From Gammaproteobacteria bacterium (GTDB taxonomy: Bacteria > Pseudomonadota > Gammaproteobacteria > Ga0077536): DNA of 64,000 nt. The DNA is taken from contig JBFXAQ010000011.1 in assembly GCA_050184115.1 (NCBI GenBank), positions 88,692 to 152,691 of the forward strand, in the 5' to 3' direction. The notes beneath the pieces were generated by a model. That model made no database searches. It saw only the letters and a program-made list of their open reading frames with translations, and was not told the DNA's origin. The position numbers and the translations under genes are program-made. Of this stretch, positions 1 through 9,200 are shown piece by piece (within the stretch, counting starts at the first letter, position 1; each line of letters begins with the position of its first letter).

Positions 1-1
1 C

Positions 2-3000
2 CATGGACCAGTCACCGATCAATTCATAGATGGTCTGCATCGAGCGCGGCCGCTCGGCCTGCGCCGCCACGCTCGGCACGTGCAGGGCTTTACGCGTCTG
101 CAGCACAAGCGAGGTCGCGGTATCGACGAGCGGGATGGGATAAACGGCCTCCGCCGCCGCTATCACCTCGGTCGGGCCTCGGATTGCGCCCACGCTGACT
201 TGTTCGCGCTCGTCGACCAGGAAGATGATTTGAGATTCGGCCTCGACCAACTGCTCACTGCGGTCGAGGATGGTCTCGAACACCGGCGCGGTGTCTTCGA
301 CCGAGCCGCCGATGACGCGCAGGATGTCGGCCATCGCCGTCTGTTGCTCCAGCGCTTCGTGGGTCTCGCGGAACAGCTGCGCGTTCTGGATGGCGATCAC
401 GGCCTGGTCGGCGAAAGTCGACATCAGGTCGATCTCGCGCTTCGAGAACGGCCGCGAGGTGCCGCGAGCGGCGCCGATCGAACCCACCACCCGGCCGCGC
501 AGGACGAGCGGCGCGATGACCGCGGCGTAATCGCCGAACTGCTCGGCGATCCGTTTCATCGTCGGCACCCCCTCGGCGTTCATCACGCTCGGCACGCAGA
601 GCGTCTCGCCGTCCTTGGCAACGAGTGCCGTCACCGAGTCCTCGAAACGCACCGGGTAGGTCTGCTCGGCGGCCGCGACCATGGCGGCCGGCGCGCGAAT
701 CGCGGCCAGTTGCACCAGGCCGCGCTCGTCAACGAGGCTGATCATCTGGGTTTCGGCTTCGATGAGCTTCTGGCAGCGCTCGATGATGGTCTCGAACACC
801 GGCGCGGTGTCTTCGACCGAGTTGCCGATCACGCGCAGGATGTCGGCCGTGGCGGTCTGCTGTTCGAGCGCCTCCTCGGTCTGTTTGAACAGCCGCACGC
901 TGGCGATCGCGATCGCCGCCTGGTCGCCGAAGGTGCGCAGCAGGGCCAGCTCGCGTTCGCCGAATGGCCGCAGCTCCTGGCGGCGCAGCAGCAGCGCACC
1001 GAACGCACGCCCTTCGCGCATCAAGGGCGCGGCCACGGTGCTGCGGTGGCCGAGCTGGCGGGCGATCTCGCTGCTGCGCGCGTACTCGGCGGTCTCGGCC
1101 TGCATGTCGTCGACCGCGATGGTGCGCCGGTCGAGGATCGCGCGGCCAGTCATGGAGCCGCGGTCGATGGGGAAGGGCGAGACGGAGCCGGCCTGGTCGG
1201 CGCGCGGGCCACGCGAGGCAACGTGCTGCAGCAAGTCGTCCTCGGCGAGGAAGATCGAGGCCGAGGACGCGTCGCACAGGCGTGCGGCGTGTTCGGCGAT
1301 GGCGCCGAGGATAGGTTCGACGTCACTCGGCGACTCGGTGGTCACGCGCAGGATGTCGCTGATGGCGGTCTGGCGGTCGAGCGCGTCGCGGGTTTCGTTG
1401 AACAGGCGCACGTTGTCGATGGCGATGACGGCCTGGGCGGCGAAGGTTTCGAGCAGCTGGACGAGGTTGTCGGGGTACTCGCTGGCTTCGCTGCGCGAGA
1501 CGAAGATGGCGCCGATGACCTCTTTGCCCGAGATCATCGGCGCGGCGAGGCCGCTGCGCAGGCCGGTGGCGAGGTAGGAATCCTTCAACGCCGCGGTGAA
1601 CTCGGCATCGTCGAGGACGTCGCGGATCTGCACGGGCTTCTGCGCGAGCATGGCGCGCGTGCTCAAGGAGGTGCGGCGGTCCATGGCCATCGGGAACAGC
1701 GCCTCGATCTGGGCCACGGTGTCCTGGCTCGCGCCGTCGACCCCCACCAGGCGCACCTGGTCGCCGTCCAGCCGCGTCACCATGCACAGGCTGGCCCGGG
1801 CCAACGCGCGGCCGCGCTCGGCGATGGCCTGGAACACCGGGGCGACGTCAGTCGGCGAGTTGCTGATGACGCCGAGCACCTCGGCGGTGGCGGTCTGACG
1901 TTCGAGCGCTTCCTGCGTTTCCGTGAACAGGCGGGTGTTCTCGAGCGCGATCACCGCCTGGTCGGCGAAAGTCTGCAGCAGGCGTACCTGGGCATCCGGG
2001 AATGGCCCGGTTTCGCGGCGCATCAGCGCGATGGTGCCGACGGCCTCGCCGCCTCGCAGGAGCGGCACGGACAGGGCGCTGTTCATGTCCGAGGAGAATC
2101 CGATGGCGTAGTCCGGGTCCGCCTTGAGATCGGGGATCTGGACGGGCGCGCGTGCGAGTACCGCGCGCCCCTGCACGGTCGCGTTGGTCGGCGCACGCGG
2201 ATAGGCCGCGGCCCCGGCGGCCACGTCGACTTCGTTCATGCCGCGGGTACAGGTGATGTGGAGCATCTCGCCGTCGAAGCGCGTGGCCGCGCCGTACTCC
2301 GCATCGCACAGCGCCATCGCGCGCGCGAGGATGGCCTCGAACACCGGCTGCACGTTGGTCGGTGAACTGCTGATGACTTCGAGCACCTCGGCCGTGGCCG
2401 TCTGCCGCTCCAGCGCCTCCTGCGTTTCCGTGAACAGGCGGGTGTTCTCGAGCGCGATCACGGCCTGGTCGGCAAAAGTCTGCAGCAGCGCAACTTCCTT
2501 GGCATCGAAGGGTCGCGGCGGACGGTGCGAGAGCCACAATGCGCCAAGCGCGTGGCCCTCGTGCAGCAATGGCGCGCACAGCATGGAATAGTTGCCGATG
2601 CGTTCCACGAGCCGACGGCTGTTTTCTGGCAGCCCGGATTCAGCCTGAGCGTCAGGGACGTAAATCACCCGCTTCTCGATCACCGCCCGCCCGGAAATGA
2701 ACGAATCGAGCGGAACGGCTTCGTCCGGCAAGCCCTCTGCCGGGGTATCCGCCTGTATGCGCCGCGCGACGAAACGCCCCAGGCCGTTGCCTTCGGCGAG
2801 CAGGATGCCGTAGTTCGGCACCTTGAACAGCCGCTGGCAGCTCTCCAGGATGACCTCGAACACGGGCCCGGTTTCCTTGACCGAGCTGCTGATCACGCGC
2901 AGCACATCGGCGGTGGCCATCTGCCGTTCGAGGGCTTCCTGCGTCTCGTTGAACAACCGTGTGTTCTCGATGGCGATCACGGCCTGGTCGGCGAAGGTTT

Positions 3001-6000
3001 CGAGCAGCGCGATTTCTTTGTCGTCGAAGGGCCGTGGCGGGCGGTGCCACAGGCACAGCGCGCCGAGCGCGCGGCCCTCGTGCAGCAGGGGTGCGCACAG
3101 CAGGGAGTAATTGCCGAACTGCTCGAGCAGCCGCCGGGTGTTCTCCGGCGCATCGGTTTCGGCCTCAGCATCCGGCACGTACACCACGCGGCGCTCGAGT
3201 ACCGCCTGGCCGGAGACCAGTGAATCGAGGGGGACGGCCTCGGCCTCGAACGGCAGGGTTTTCAGTGCCGGGTCGGCGTCGGTGTCGAGCCGCGCGACGA
3301 AGCGGCCGAGGCCATCGCCTTCGGCGAGCAGGATGCCGTAGTTGGCCACCTTGAACAGGCGCTGGCAGCTGTCGAGGATGGCCTCGAACACGGGCTCGGT
3401 TTCCTTCACCGAGCTGCTGATGGTGCGCAGGACCTCGGCCGTCGCGGTCTGGCGTTCCAGCGCCTCCTGGGTCTCATTGAACAAGCGCGTGTTCTCGAGC
3501 GCGATGACTGCCTGGTCGGCAAAGGTTTCGAGCAGGCGCACCAGGTTGGGCGGGAACGCGCCGGCTTCGGCGCGGCCGACCGCGATCGTGCCGATGCAGC
3601 GTCCCTGGCGCAGCATGGGCACGGCGACCAGGCTGCGGTAACCGTCAAGAGTCGCGCGGGCGCTCAGCCCATATTCCGGATCGGTATCGACATCGGGGAT
3701 TTCGATCGTGCGGCCTTCGAGGATCGCGCGGCCCTGGCCGATGCCGCGCTCCGGCGCCACGCCCTGCCACTGGTCGAGCGGGTTGCTGTCGCGGAATCCG
3801 CGTGCCGCCGCGAGGTGCATGAGCCGGCCGTCGTAGCGCACGGCCATGCCGAAGTTCGCGCCGCAGAGGTTCATGGCGCGCTCGACGATGGCGTCGAACA
3901 CCGGCTGCACATCGGTCGGCGAGCTGCCGATGACCGCGAGCACCTCGGAGGTCGCCGTCTGGCGTTCGAGCGCGGCCTGGGTCTCGTTGAACAACCGCGT
4001 GTTCTCAATCGCGATCACCGCCTGGTCGGCGAAGGTTTCGAGCAGCTGCGCGTCCTTGTCGGTGAACGGCGTGCCGTCGTTGCGGCCGACGAAGATGGCG
4101 CCGACAATCTCGGTGCCGCGCCGCATCGGGGTCGCGATGGCCGTCGGCGACAAACCTGCGCGGCGTGCGGTGGCCTTGGCCTGCGGATCGAAGTCCGGGT
4201 CGTTCTGGTAGTCCGTGATATGGATGGTCGTGCCATCCACCATCGCGCGCGTACCCGCCACGCTGCGGTCGATCGGGCGCGGGAACATCGCCCGGTACGC
4301 ATCCTCGGCCTCCGGCACCGGCATGACGAAGGCCACGAGGTGGGCGAGGCCGTCGCGCGCGACCTCGACGCCGGCCCCGTCACCCCCGCAAAGCACCCGC
4401 GCGCGCTCGGCGATGGCGTCGAACACCGGCTGCACGTCGGTTGGCGACTGGCTGATTACGCGCAGGACGTCGGCGGTCGCGGTCTGGCGTTCGAGGGCCT
4501 CGGTGGTGTCGCGGAACAATTTCGCGTTCTGGATGGCAATCACGGCCTGGTCGGTGAAGGTCCGCAGCAAGTCGATTTCCTGGTCCGAGAACGGCCGGGC
4601 GGGGAAACGCCCGAGGAAGATCGAACCAATGCCTGCACCCTTCCACAGCAAGGGCGCGACCAGCAGCGAGAAATGCCCGTAGCGCTCGACGCTCTGGCGC
4701 TGGATGCCATCCAGCTGGGGCTCGCGGGCCGTGTCCGGAATGTGCACAACCCGGCGCTCCCGGATGCTCAAGCCGGTCACGGTGTCGTCCAGCGCGTGCT
4801 CGTCACTCACGCTGACATCGACGCCGCGCCGCGCGCTGAGATCGAGCGTGCCGTCGTCGCGCAATTGCGCGATGCCGACGACGTCGGCGCCGAACAGGGC
4901 CTCGCAGCTGTCGAGGATCTTCTCGAACACGGGTGCCGCGTCCTCGACCGAGCTGCTGATGACCTGTAGCACGCCAGCGGTCGCGGTCTGGCGTTCGAGT
5001 GCTTCCTGGGTCTCGCGGAACTGGCGCGCGTTCTGAATGGCGATCACGGCCTGGTCGGCGAAGGACTTGAGTAGCGCGATCTCCTGCTCGCTGAAGGCTT
5101 TCGACGGGCAACGCACCACCAGCAACACACCGCTGAACTGGCCATTGACCATCAACGGCGCGCGGACGATTGAGTAGGGGCCGATCGCCCGCGCCCATTC
5201 GCGCAAATCGGGGTCGGCGGATTCGCTGGTGACTTCCGGGTGCTGGACGGTCTCACCTTTCGCGATGGTCGCAAGATAGGGTGCGGAATCCACGCGCACG
5301 CTCGTGGGTACGTCGTCCAGATTCAGGGTGGTATAGGGTTGCCCAACGATTGCTGCGAGTGCCACCTGGTCGCCGTCTTTCACCATCCAGATTTGCGCAC
5401 CGTCGGCGCCGAAAAGCTGCAGGCAGCGCGCGACGATGGTGTCCATCACCGGTTGTGCATCCGTCACCGAGCGGCTGATGACCTGCAGAACCTCGGCGCT
5501 CGCGGTCTGCTGTTCCAACGCCTCCTGCGTCTCGTTGAACAGGCGCGTGTTCTCGATGGCGATGACGGCCTGGTCAGCGAACGTGGCGAAGAGCGCCTGC
5601 TCCTTGGCTGAAAACGGCCGCGGCGGCGTCGCATAGAGCCAGAGCACGCCGAGCCCACGGCCCTCGCGCAGCATCGGCGCGACCATCATCGAGTAATCGC
5701 CCACCAGCCGCTGGGCCTGCTTGAGCGACACAGGTACGTCGCTGCGGGCACTGACGTGCGGATAGATCACCGTGTGTCCCGCGTGGAAAGCCGCCGGCAG
5801 GTTGCTCTCGTCGATGGGAATGGGCGCGGAGAACAGTTGCTGAATGTCGTCGGAAGACGGCCCGCGCACCGCGACCAGCCGTGCCGTGAGGTGCTGGTCG
5901 TCGGTGACGCTGATGCCAACCTGATCGGTATGGAACAACCGTGCACAGCTCTCGACGATGGCCTCGAACACCGGCTGCGCGTCTTCGACCGAACCGCTGA

Positions 6001-7705
6001 TCACCCGCAGGACCTCGGCCGAAGCCGTCTGCTGCGCAAGCGCTTCCTGCGTCTCGCGGAACAGGCGCGCGTTCTGGATGGCGATCACGGCCTGGTCGGC
6101 GAAGCTCTTCAGCAACGCGATTTCCTTGTCCGTGAAAGGCTTCGGCGGGTAGCGCCCTACCAACAACACACCGCTGAACTGGCCATTGACCATCAGTGGC
6201 GTACGGAGGCCTGAAGCGGAGCCGGCCTTCCGCGCCCATTCGCGCATGGCCTCGCTGCCGATTTCGGCGGTGACTTCCAGGTCGTGGACCGTCTGGCCCT
6301 GCGCAATCAGCGCCAGCGCGGGATCGGAGTCCATGCTCACGCGGGTCGGCAAGTCATGCAGATCGAGCTTGGAGTAGGGCGCGCCACCCAGCGCAACCAG
6401 GGTCAACTGGTCGTTGCCCTCCAGCATCCAGATTTGCGCAGCGTCGGCGCCGAAGAGCTGCAGGCAACGCTCGACGATCGTGTCCATGACCGGTTGCGCG
6501 TCCGTCACCGATTGACTGATGACGGCGAGCACCTCGGCGCTCGCCGTCTGCTGCTCGAGCGCCTCCTGCGTCTCGTTGAACAGGCGCGTGTTCTCGATGG
6601 CGATCACGGCCTGCGCGGCGAAGGTCTCGAGCAGTTCGATCGCTTCGTCGGGCCACCGGCCACTGGTCTCGCGTCCGACATAGATACTGCCCAACGCTTG
6701 GCCAGCGCGCAGCATGGGGACGGCAATACCGCTAGCGGCGGAGAATCCGCGCGCAATCCCAGCGGCCTTCATGGCCGGATCGAGTTCGGGATCGCCGAAA
6801 TAATCGTCCACGCGGACCGGCGCGCACGTGAGAATGGCGCGCCCCGTGACGCTGCTGCGATCGACCGGGCGCGGGTACTGCGCCCACAGGTCGGCCCCCA
6901 TCTCCGCCGAAGGTCCCTGCATGGCCCTCATGTGTACCAGCGTGCCGTCGAAGTGGGTCACGACACCGAACGCCCCGCCGCACAAGACGCGCGCACGCTC
7001 GGCGATGGCGTCGAACACCGGCTGCAGGTCAGCGGGCGAGCGACTGATGACTTCCAGCACTTCGGCGGTCGCCGTCTGCCGCTCCAGTGCCTGGCGTGCC
7101 TGGTTGAACAGGCGCGCGTTCTCGATGGCGATGACGGCCTGGTCGGCGAAGATCAGCAGGGCGGCGACGAATTCGTCGGCGAAGTCTCCGGCCGAGGCCC
7201 GGCCGACGCTGATCGCGCCGACCACGCGCCCGGCGTGCCGGAGCGGCACACCCAATGCACTACGCGCGTCCTGGCTGCGTGCCAGCTCGCGGACCTCGGG
7301 CGGGTAGCCGGGGTCGTTCCAGAGGTCGGTGCTCTGCACCGGGGCGCACTGCAGCACCGCGCGGCCGACCATGCTGCCGTGGTCCGGAGCGTGCGGGAAC
7401 ACCGCGTACGCGTTTTCGGCGGCGCGGCCATACAGCGCAGCCTGGTGCAGCAGCTGGCCATCGAAATGCACGATGACCCCACTGTTGCCGTCCGCGAGCG
7501 TCACCGCGCGTTCGAGGATGGCCTCGAGCACGCGCTGGCTGTCACCCGGTGAGTCGCCGATGATGCGCAGCACCTCGGCCGTCGCCGCGTGGTGCTCGCC
7601 GGCGATGCGTGCCGCCGCCAGCTCCGCGTCTCGCTTCTCGAGTTCGGCCGTCCTGGCCGCAAGCTCCCGTTGCAGCGCCCGGAGCGCTTCGGCCGATGCT
7701 TTCAT
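2..7705 (-). CDS. Giant multi-GAF signalling protein (14 complete + 1 partial GAF domains; continues beyond the left edge, output domain not seen)
   Basis: Manual translation from ATG at 7705 (MKASAEALRALQRELAAR...) reads open to the edge (...IGDWSM, same frame). The unit 'F(A/T/G)(D/A)QAVIA(I/L)(E/Q)N(T/A)RLFxETxEALExQTA(T/S)A(E/D)VLxVIxxS' recurs every ~510-530 bp (near 7136, 6608, 6089, 5566, 5048, 4543, 4020, 3509, 2981, 2462, 1955, 1430, 918, 402). Probably missing from the ORF track because it has no stop in the window. Confidence 0.92.
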   Translation of the reverse strand, partial: MKASAEALRALQRELAARTAELEKRDAELAAARIAGEHHAATAEVLRIIGDSPGDSQRVLEAILERAVTLADGNSGVIVHFDGQLLHQAALYGRAAENAYAVFPHAPDHGSMVGRAVLQCAPVQSTDLWNDPGYPPEVRELARSQDARSALGVPLRHAGRVVGAISVGRASAGDFADEFVAALLIFADQAVIAIENARLFNQARQALERQTATAEVLEVISRSPADLQPVFDAIAERARVLCGGAFGVVTHFDGTLVHMRAMQGPSAEMGADLWAQYPRPVDRSSVTGRAILTCAPVRVDDYFGDPELDPAMKAAGIARGFSAASGIAVPMLRAGQALGSIYVGRETSGRWPDEAIELLETFAAQAVIAIENTRLFNETQEALEQQTASAEVLAVISQSVTDAQPVMDTIVERCLQLFGADAAQIWMLEGNDQLTLVALGGAPYSKLDLHDLPTRVSMDSDPALALIAQGQTVHDLEVTAEIGSEAMREWARKAGSASGLRTPLMVNGQFSGVLLVGRYPPKPFTDKEIALLKSFADQAVIAIQNARLFRETQEALAQQTASAEVLRVISGSVEDAQPVFEAIVESCARLFHTDQVGISVTDDQHLTARLVAVRGPSSDDIQQLFSAPIPIDESNLPAAFHAGHTVIYPHVSARSDVPVSLKQAQRLVGDYSMMVAPMLREGRGLGVLWLYATPPRPFSAKEQALFATFADQAVIAIENTRLFNETQEALEQQTASAEVLQVISRSVTDAQPVMDTIVARCLQLFGADGAQIWMVKDGDQVALAAIVGQPYTTLNLDDVPTSVRVDSAPYLATIAKGETVQHPEVTSESADPDLREWARAIGPYSIVRAPLMVNGQFSGVLLVVRCPSKAFSEQEIALLKSFADQAVIAIQNARQFRETQEALERQTATAGVLQVISSSVEDAAPVFEKILDSCEALFGADVVGIAQLRDDGTLDLSARRGVDVSVSDEHALDDTVTGLSIRERRVVHIPDTAREPQLDGIQRQSVERYGHFSLLVAPLLWKGAGIGSIFLGRFPARPFSDQEIDLLRTFTDQAVIAIQNAKLFRDTTEALERQTATADVLRVISQSPTDVQPVFDAIAERARVLCGGDGAGVEVARDGLAHLVAFVMPVPEAEDAYRAMFPRPIDRSVAGTRAMVDGTTIHITDYQNDPDFDPQAKATARRAGLSPTAIATPMRRGTEIVGAIFVGRNDGTPFTDKDAQLLETFADQAVIAIENTRLFNETQAALERQTATSEVLAVIGSSPTDVQPVFDAIVERAMNLCGANFGMAVRYDGRLMHLAAARGFRDSNPLDQWQGVAPERGIGQGRAILEGRTIEIPDVDTDPEYGLSARATLDGYRSLVAVPMLRQGRCIGTIAVGRAEAGAFPPNLVRLLETFADQAVIALENTRLFNETQEALERQTATAEVLRTISSSVKETEPVFEAILDSCQRLFKVANYGILLAEGDGLGRFVARLDTDADPALKTLPFEAEAVPLDSLVSGQAVLERRVVYVPDAEAETDAPENTRRLLEQFGNYSLLCAPLLHEGRALGALCLWHRPPRPFDDKEIALLETFADQAVIAIENTRLFNETQEALERQMATADVLRVISSSVKETGPVFEVILESCQRLFKVPNYGILLAEGNGLGRFVARRIQADTPAEGLPDEAVPLDSFISGRAVIEKRVIYVPDAQAESGLPENSRRLVERIGNYSMLCAPLLHEGHALGALWLSHRPPRPFDAKEVALLQTFADQAVIALENTRLFTETQEALERQTATAEVLEVISSSPTNVQPVFEAILARAMALCDAEYGAATRFDGEMLHITCTRGMNEVDVAAGAAAYPRAPTNATVQGRAVLARAPVQIPDLKADPDYAIGFSSDMNSALSVPLLRGGEAVGTIALMRRETGPFPDAQVRLLQTFADQAVIALENTRLFTETQEALERQTATAEVLGVISNSPTDVAPVFQAIAERGRALARASLCMVTRLDGDQVRLVGVDGASQDTVAQIEALFPMAMDRRTSLSTRAMLAQKPVQIRDVLDDAEFTAALKDSYLATGLRSGLAAPMISGKEVIGAIFVSRSEASEYPDNLVQLLETFAAQAVIAIDNVRLFNETRDALDRQTAISDILRVTTESPSDVEPILGAIAEHAARLCDASSASIFLAEDDLLQHVASRGPRADQAGSVSPFPIDRGSMTGRAILDRRTIAVDDMQAETAEYARSSEIARQLGHRSTVAAPLMREGRAFGALLLRRQELRPFGERELALLRTFGDQAAIAIASVRLFKQTEEALEQQTATADILRVIGNSVEDTAPVFETIIERCQKLIEAETQMISLVDERGLVQLAAIRAPAAMVAAAEQTYPVRFEDSVTALVAKDGETLCVPSVMNAEGVPTMKRIAEQFGDYAAVIAPLVLRGRVVGSIGAARGTSRPFSKREIDLMSTFADQAVIAIQNAQLFRETHEALEQQTAMADILRVIGGSVEDTAPVFETILDRSEQLVEAESQIIFLVDEREQVSVGAIRGPTEVIAAAEAVYPIPLVDTATSLVLQTRKALHVPSVAAQAERPRSMQTIYELIGDWSM

Positions 7706-7800
7706 CCTTTGCTGCCCCTCCCCAAAGGCGCGCGGGATTTGCGAGTGCCGCCAGTCTAATCGACCTGGGACCGGTTCAGGTTATGGCTAAAACCACACGA

Positions 7801-8124
7801 GGAATTCGGTGGGGAATTCGGTGACAGTTACTGTATTTCGGCCAGCATCGACCGACCCCACTGCGGGTGCTGCGCGGTAGGCCGACACCGCACCCTTGCC
7901 CTCACGCCCACGATGCGACGGTGCCGTCATTTATGCGGTTCCTGCCGCCGCCCCTCTATCCGGCATTTGGGGACAGTATATGTATGCGTTTATACAGTGA
8001 CTGTCACCGATTTATGGTCACCGATTTTTTTCGCGCTGACACCGTGGTTTTGTCTCTCCGCCGGCGCTGAAGCGGCCGTGGCGCTTATACAGTAACTGTC
8101 ACCTTTTTCGCCCTGTCCCCAAAT
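7801..8124. repeat. Cluster of palindromic REP-like elements (nested/interleaved inverted copies)
   Basis: AATTCGGTGACAGTTACTGTATTTC 7815-7839 (+); ATTTGGGGACAGTATATGTAT 7965-7985 (+); ATACAGTGACTGTCACCGATTT 7992-8013 (-); ATACAGTAACTGTCACC 8087-8103 (-); CTGTCCCCAAAT 8113-8124 (exact reverse complement of 7965-7976). Confidence 0.85.
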
Positions 8125-8170
8125 CCCCGCAAAGCCCCCGAGAGGCCCGCAGCGTCGGCATACATCACCG

Positions 8171-8959
8171 TCAAATCGACTTCGGGAACCCGCCGTCGAC
8201 GTCGAAACTGCTGCCCGTGATGAACGACCCGCGCGCGGAGACGAGGAAGGCGACCAGGCCGGCGACTTCGTCGGGGCGGCCGAAGCGCTTCACCGCGATG
8301 TACTGGTTGGTGAGGTTGGCGAAGACCTCGGCGCGGTCCTTGCCCAGCATCGGCACCATCTGGTCGGCGATGGAATCCCACAAGGGGGTGTGGATGAAGG
8401 CGGGGCACACGCAGTTGATGAGGATGTTGTGTGCGGCGAGCTCGACCGAGAGGGTCTTGGAGAAGGTCAGCATGGCGGCCTTGGCGCTGTCGTAGTCGAT
8501 CAGCATGGGTGGTGGCGTGTGCGCACCCACGGTCGAGATGTTGATGATGCGGCCGCCGCCCTGCTCACGCATCAGCGGCACCACGCCGCGGGTGAAACGC
8601 ACGGTACTGAAGAAATTCACCTCCATGCTCTGCAGCCAGACCTCGTCGTCGCTGTCGAGGCCGTGATCGAGCCACGCCGTGCCGACGTTGTTGACCAGGA
8701 TGTCGATGCGGCCGAGCGCGGCGCGGGCGCGCTCGATGACCATCGGTGCGGCCTCGCGCGTCGCCGCATCCGCCTCGATGGCCTCGACGCGCACGCCATG
8801 GCGCCGCAAATCCGCCGCCGCCGCGTCGAGCCCGGCCTTGCCACGGGCACAGATGGCGACATGGACACCCTCGCGGGCGAGTTCGTCGGCAATGGCGCGG
8901 CCGAGGCCCTGGCTACCACCGGTGATGAGTGCGCACTTGTCGCGTAGACCGAGTTCCAT
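8171..8959 (-). CDS. Short-chain dehydrogenase/reductase (SDR, FabG-like)
   Basis: TGGSQGLG Rossmann motif, DILVNN, YxxxK (YDSAK), 262 aa; AGGGGG RBS-like sequence upstream. Confidence 0.92.
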   Translation of the reverse strand: MELGLRDKCALITGGSQGLGRAIADELAREGVHVAICARGKAGLDAAAADLRRHGVRVEAIEADAATREAAPMVIERARAALGRIDILVNNVGTAWLDHGLDSDDEVWLQSMEVNFFSTVRFTRGVVPLMREQGGGRIINISTVGAHTPPPMLIDYDSAKAAMLTFSKTLSVELAAHNILINCVCPAFIHTPLWDSIADQMVPMLGKDRAEVFANLTNQYIAVKRFGRPDEVAGLVAFLVSARGSFITGSSFDVDGGFPKSI

Positions 8960-9067
8960 CGTGGGTTCCCCCTGGGGTTTGGCGGAAAGGGTTCGACGCT
9001 GCGGATATTACGCGGTCGACGGGGTGCCGGCGGTGCTTGGCGAAATCGTCGCCGGCCTGAGGAGTCC

Positions 9068-9083
9068 GGCGACAGTAACCGTA
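9068..9083 (+). repeat. Degenerate single copy of the palindromic element
   Basis: GGCGACAGTAACCGTA versus consensus GGTGACAGTNACTGTA (2 mismatches). Confidence 0.4.
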
Positions 9084-9200
9084 CGCGACTATCCGCCGAA
9101 AATCGGCGTCGCAGGCTCGCCATGCGGACGGGCCTGGCCTGGCGCCGAGGCCGCAAACACCCCCGTTTCTTGAACGCCGATGACGTTCATACGCTCACGG

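Noticed and set aside
80-7552. Long plus-strand ORFs (761, 384, 422 aa and others) with repetitive sequence
   Set aside because: Antisense shadows of the minus-strand poly-GAF gene; their repeats mirror its linker codons.
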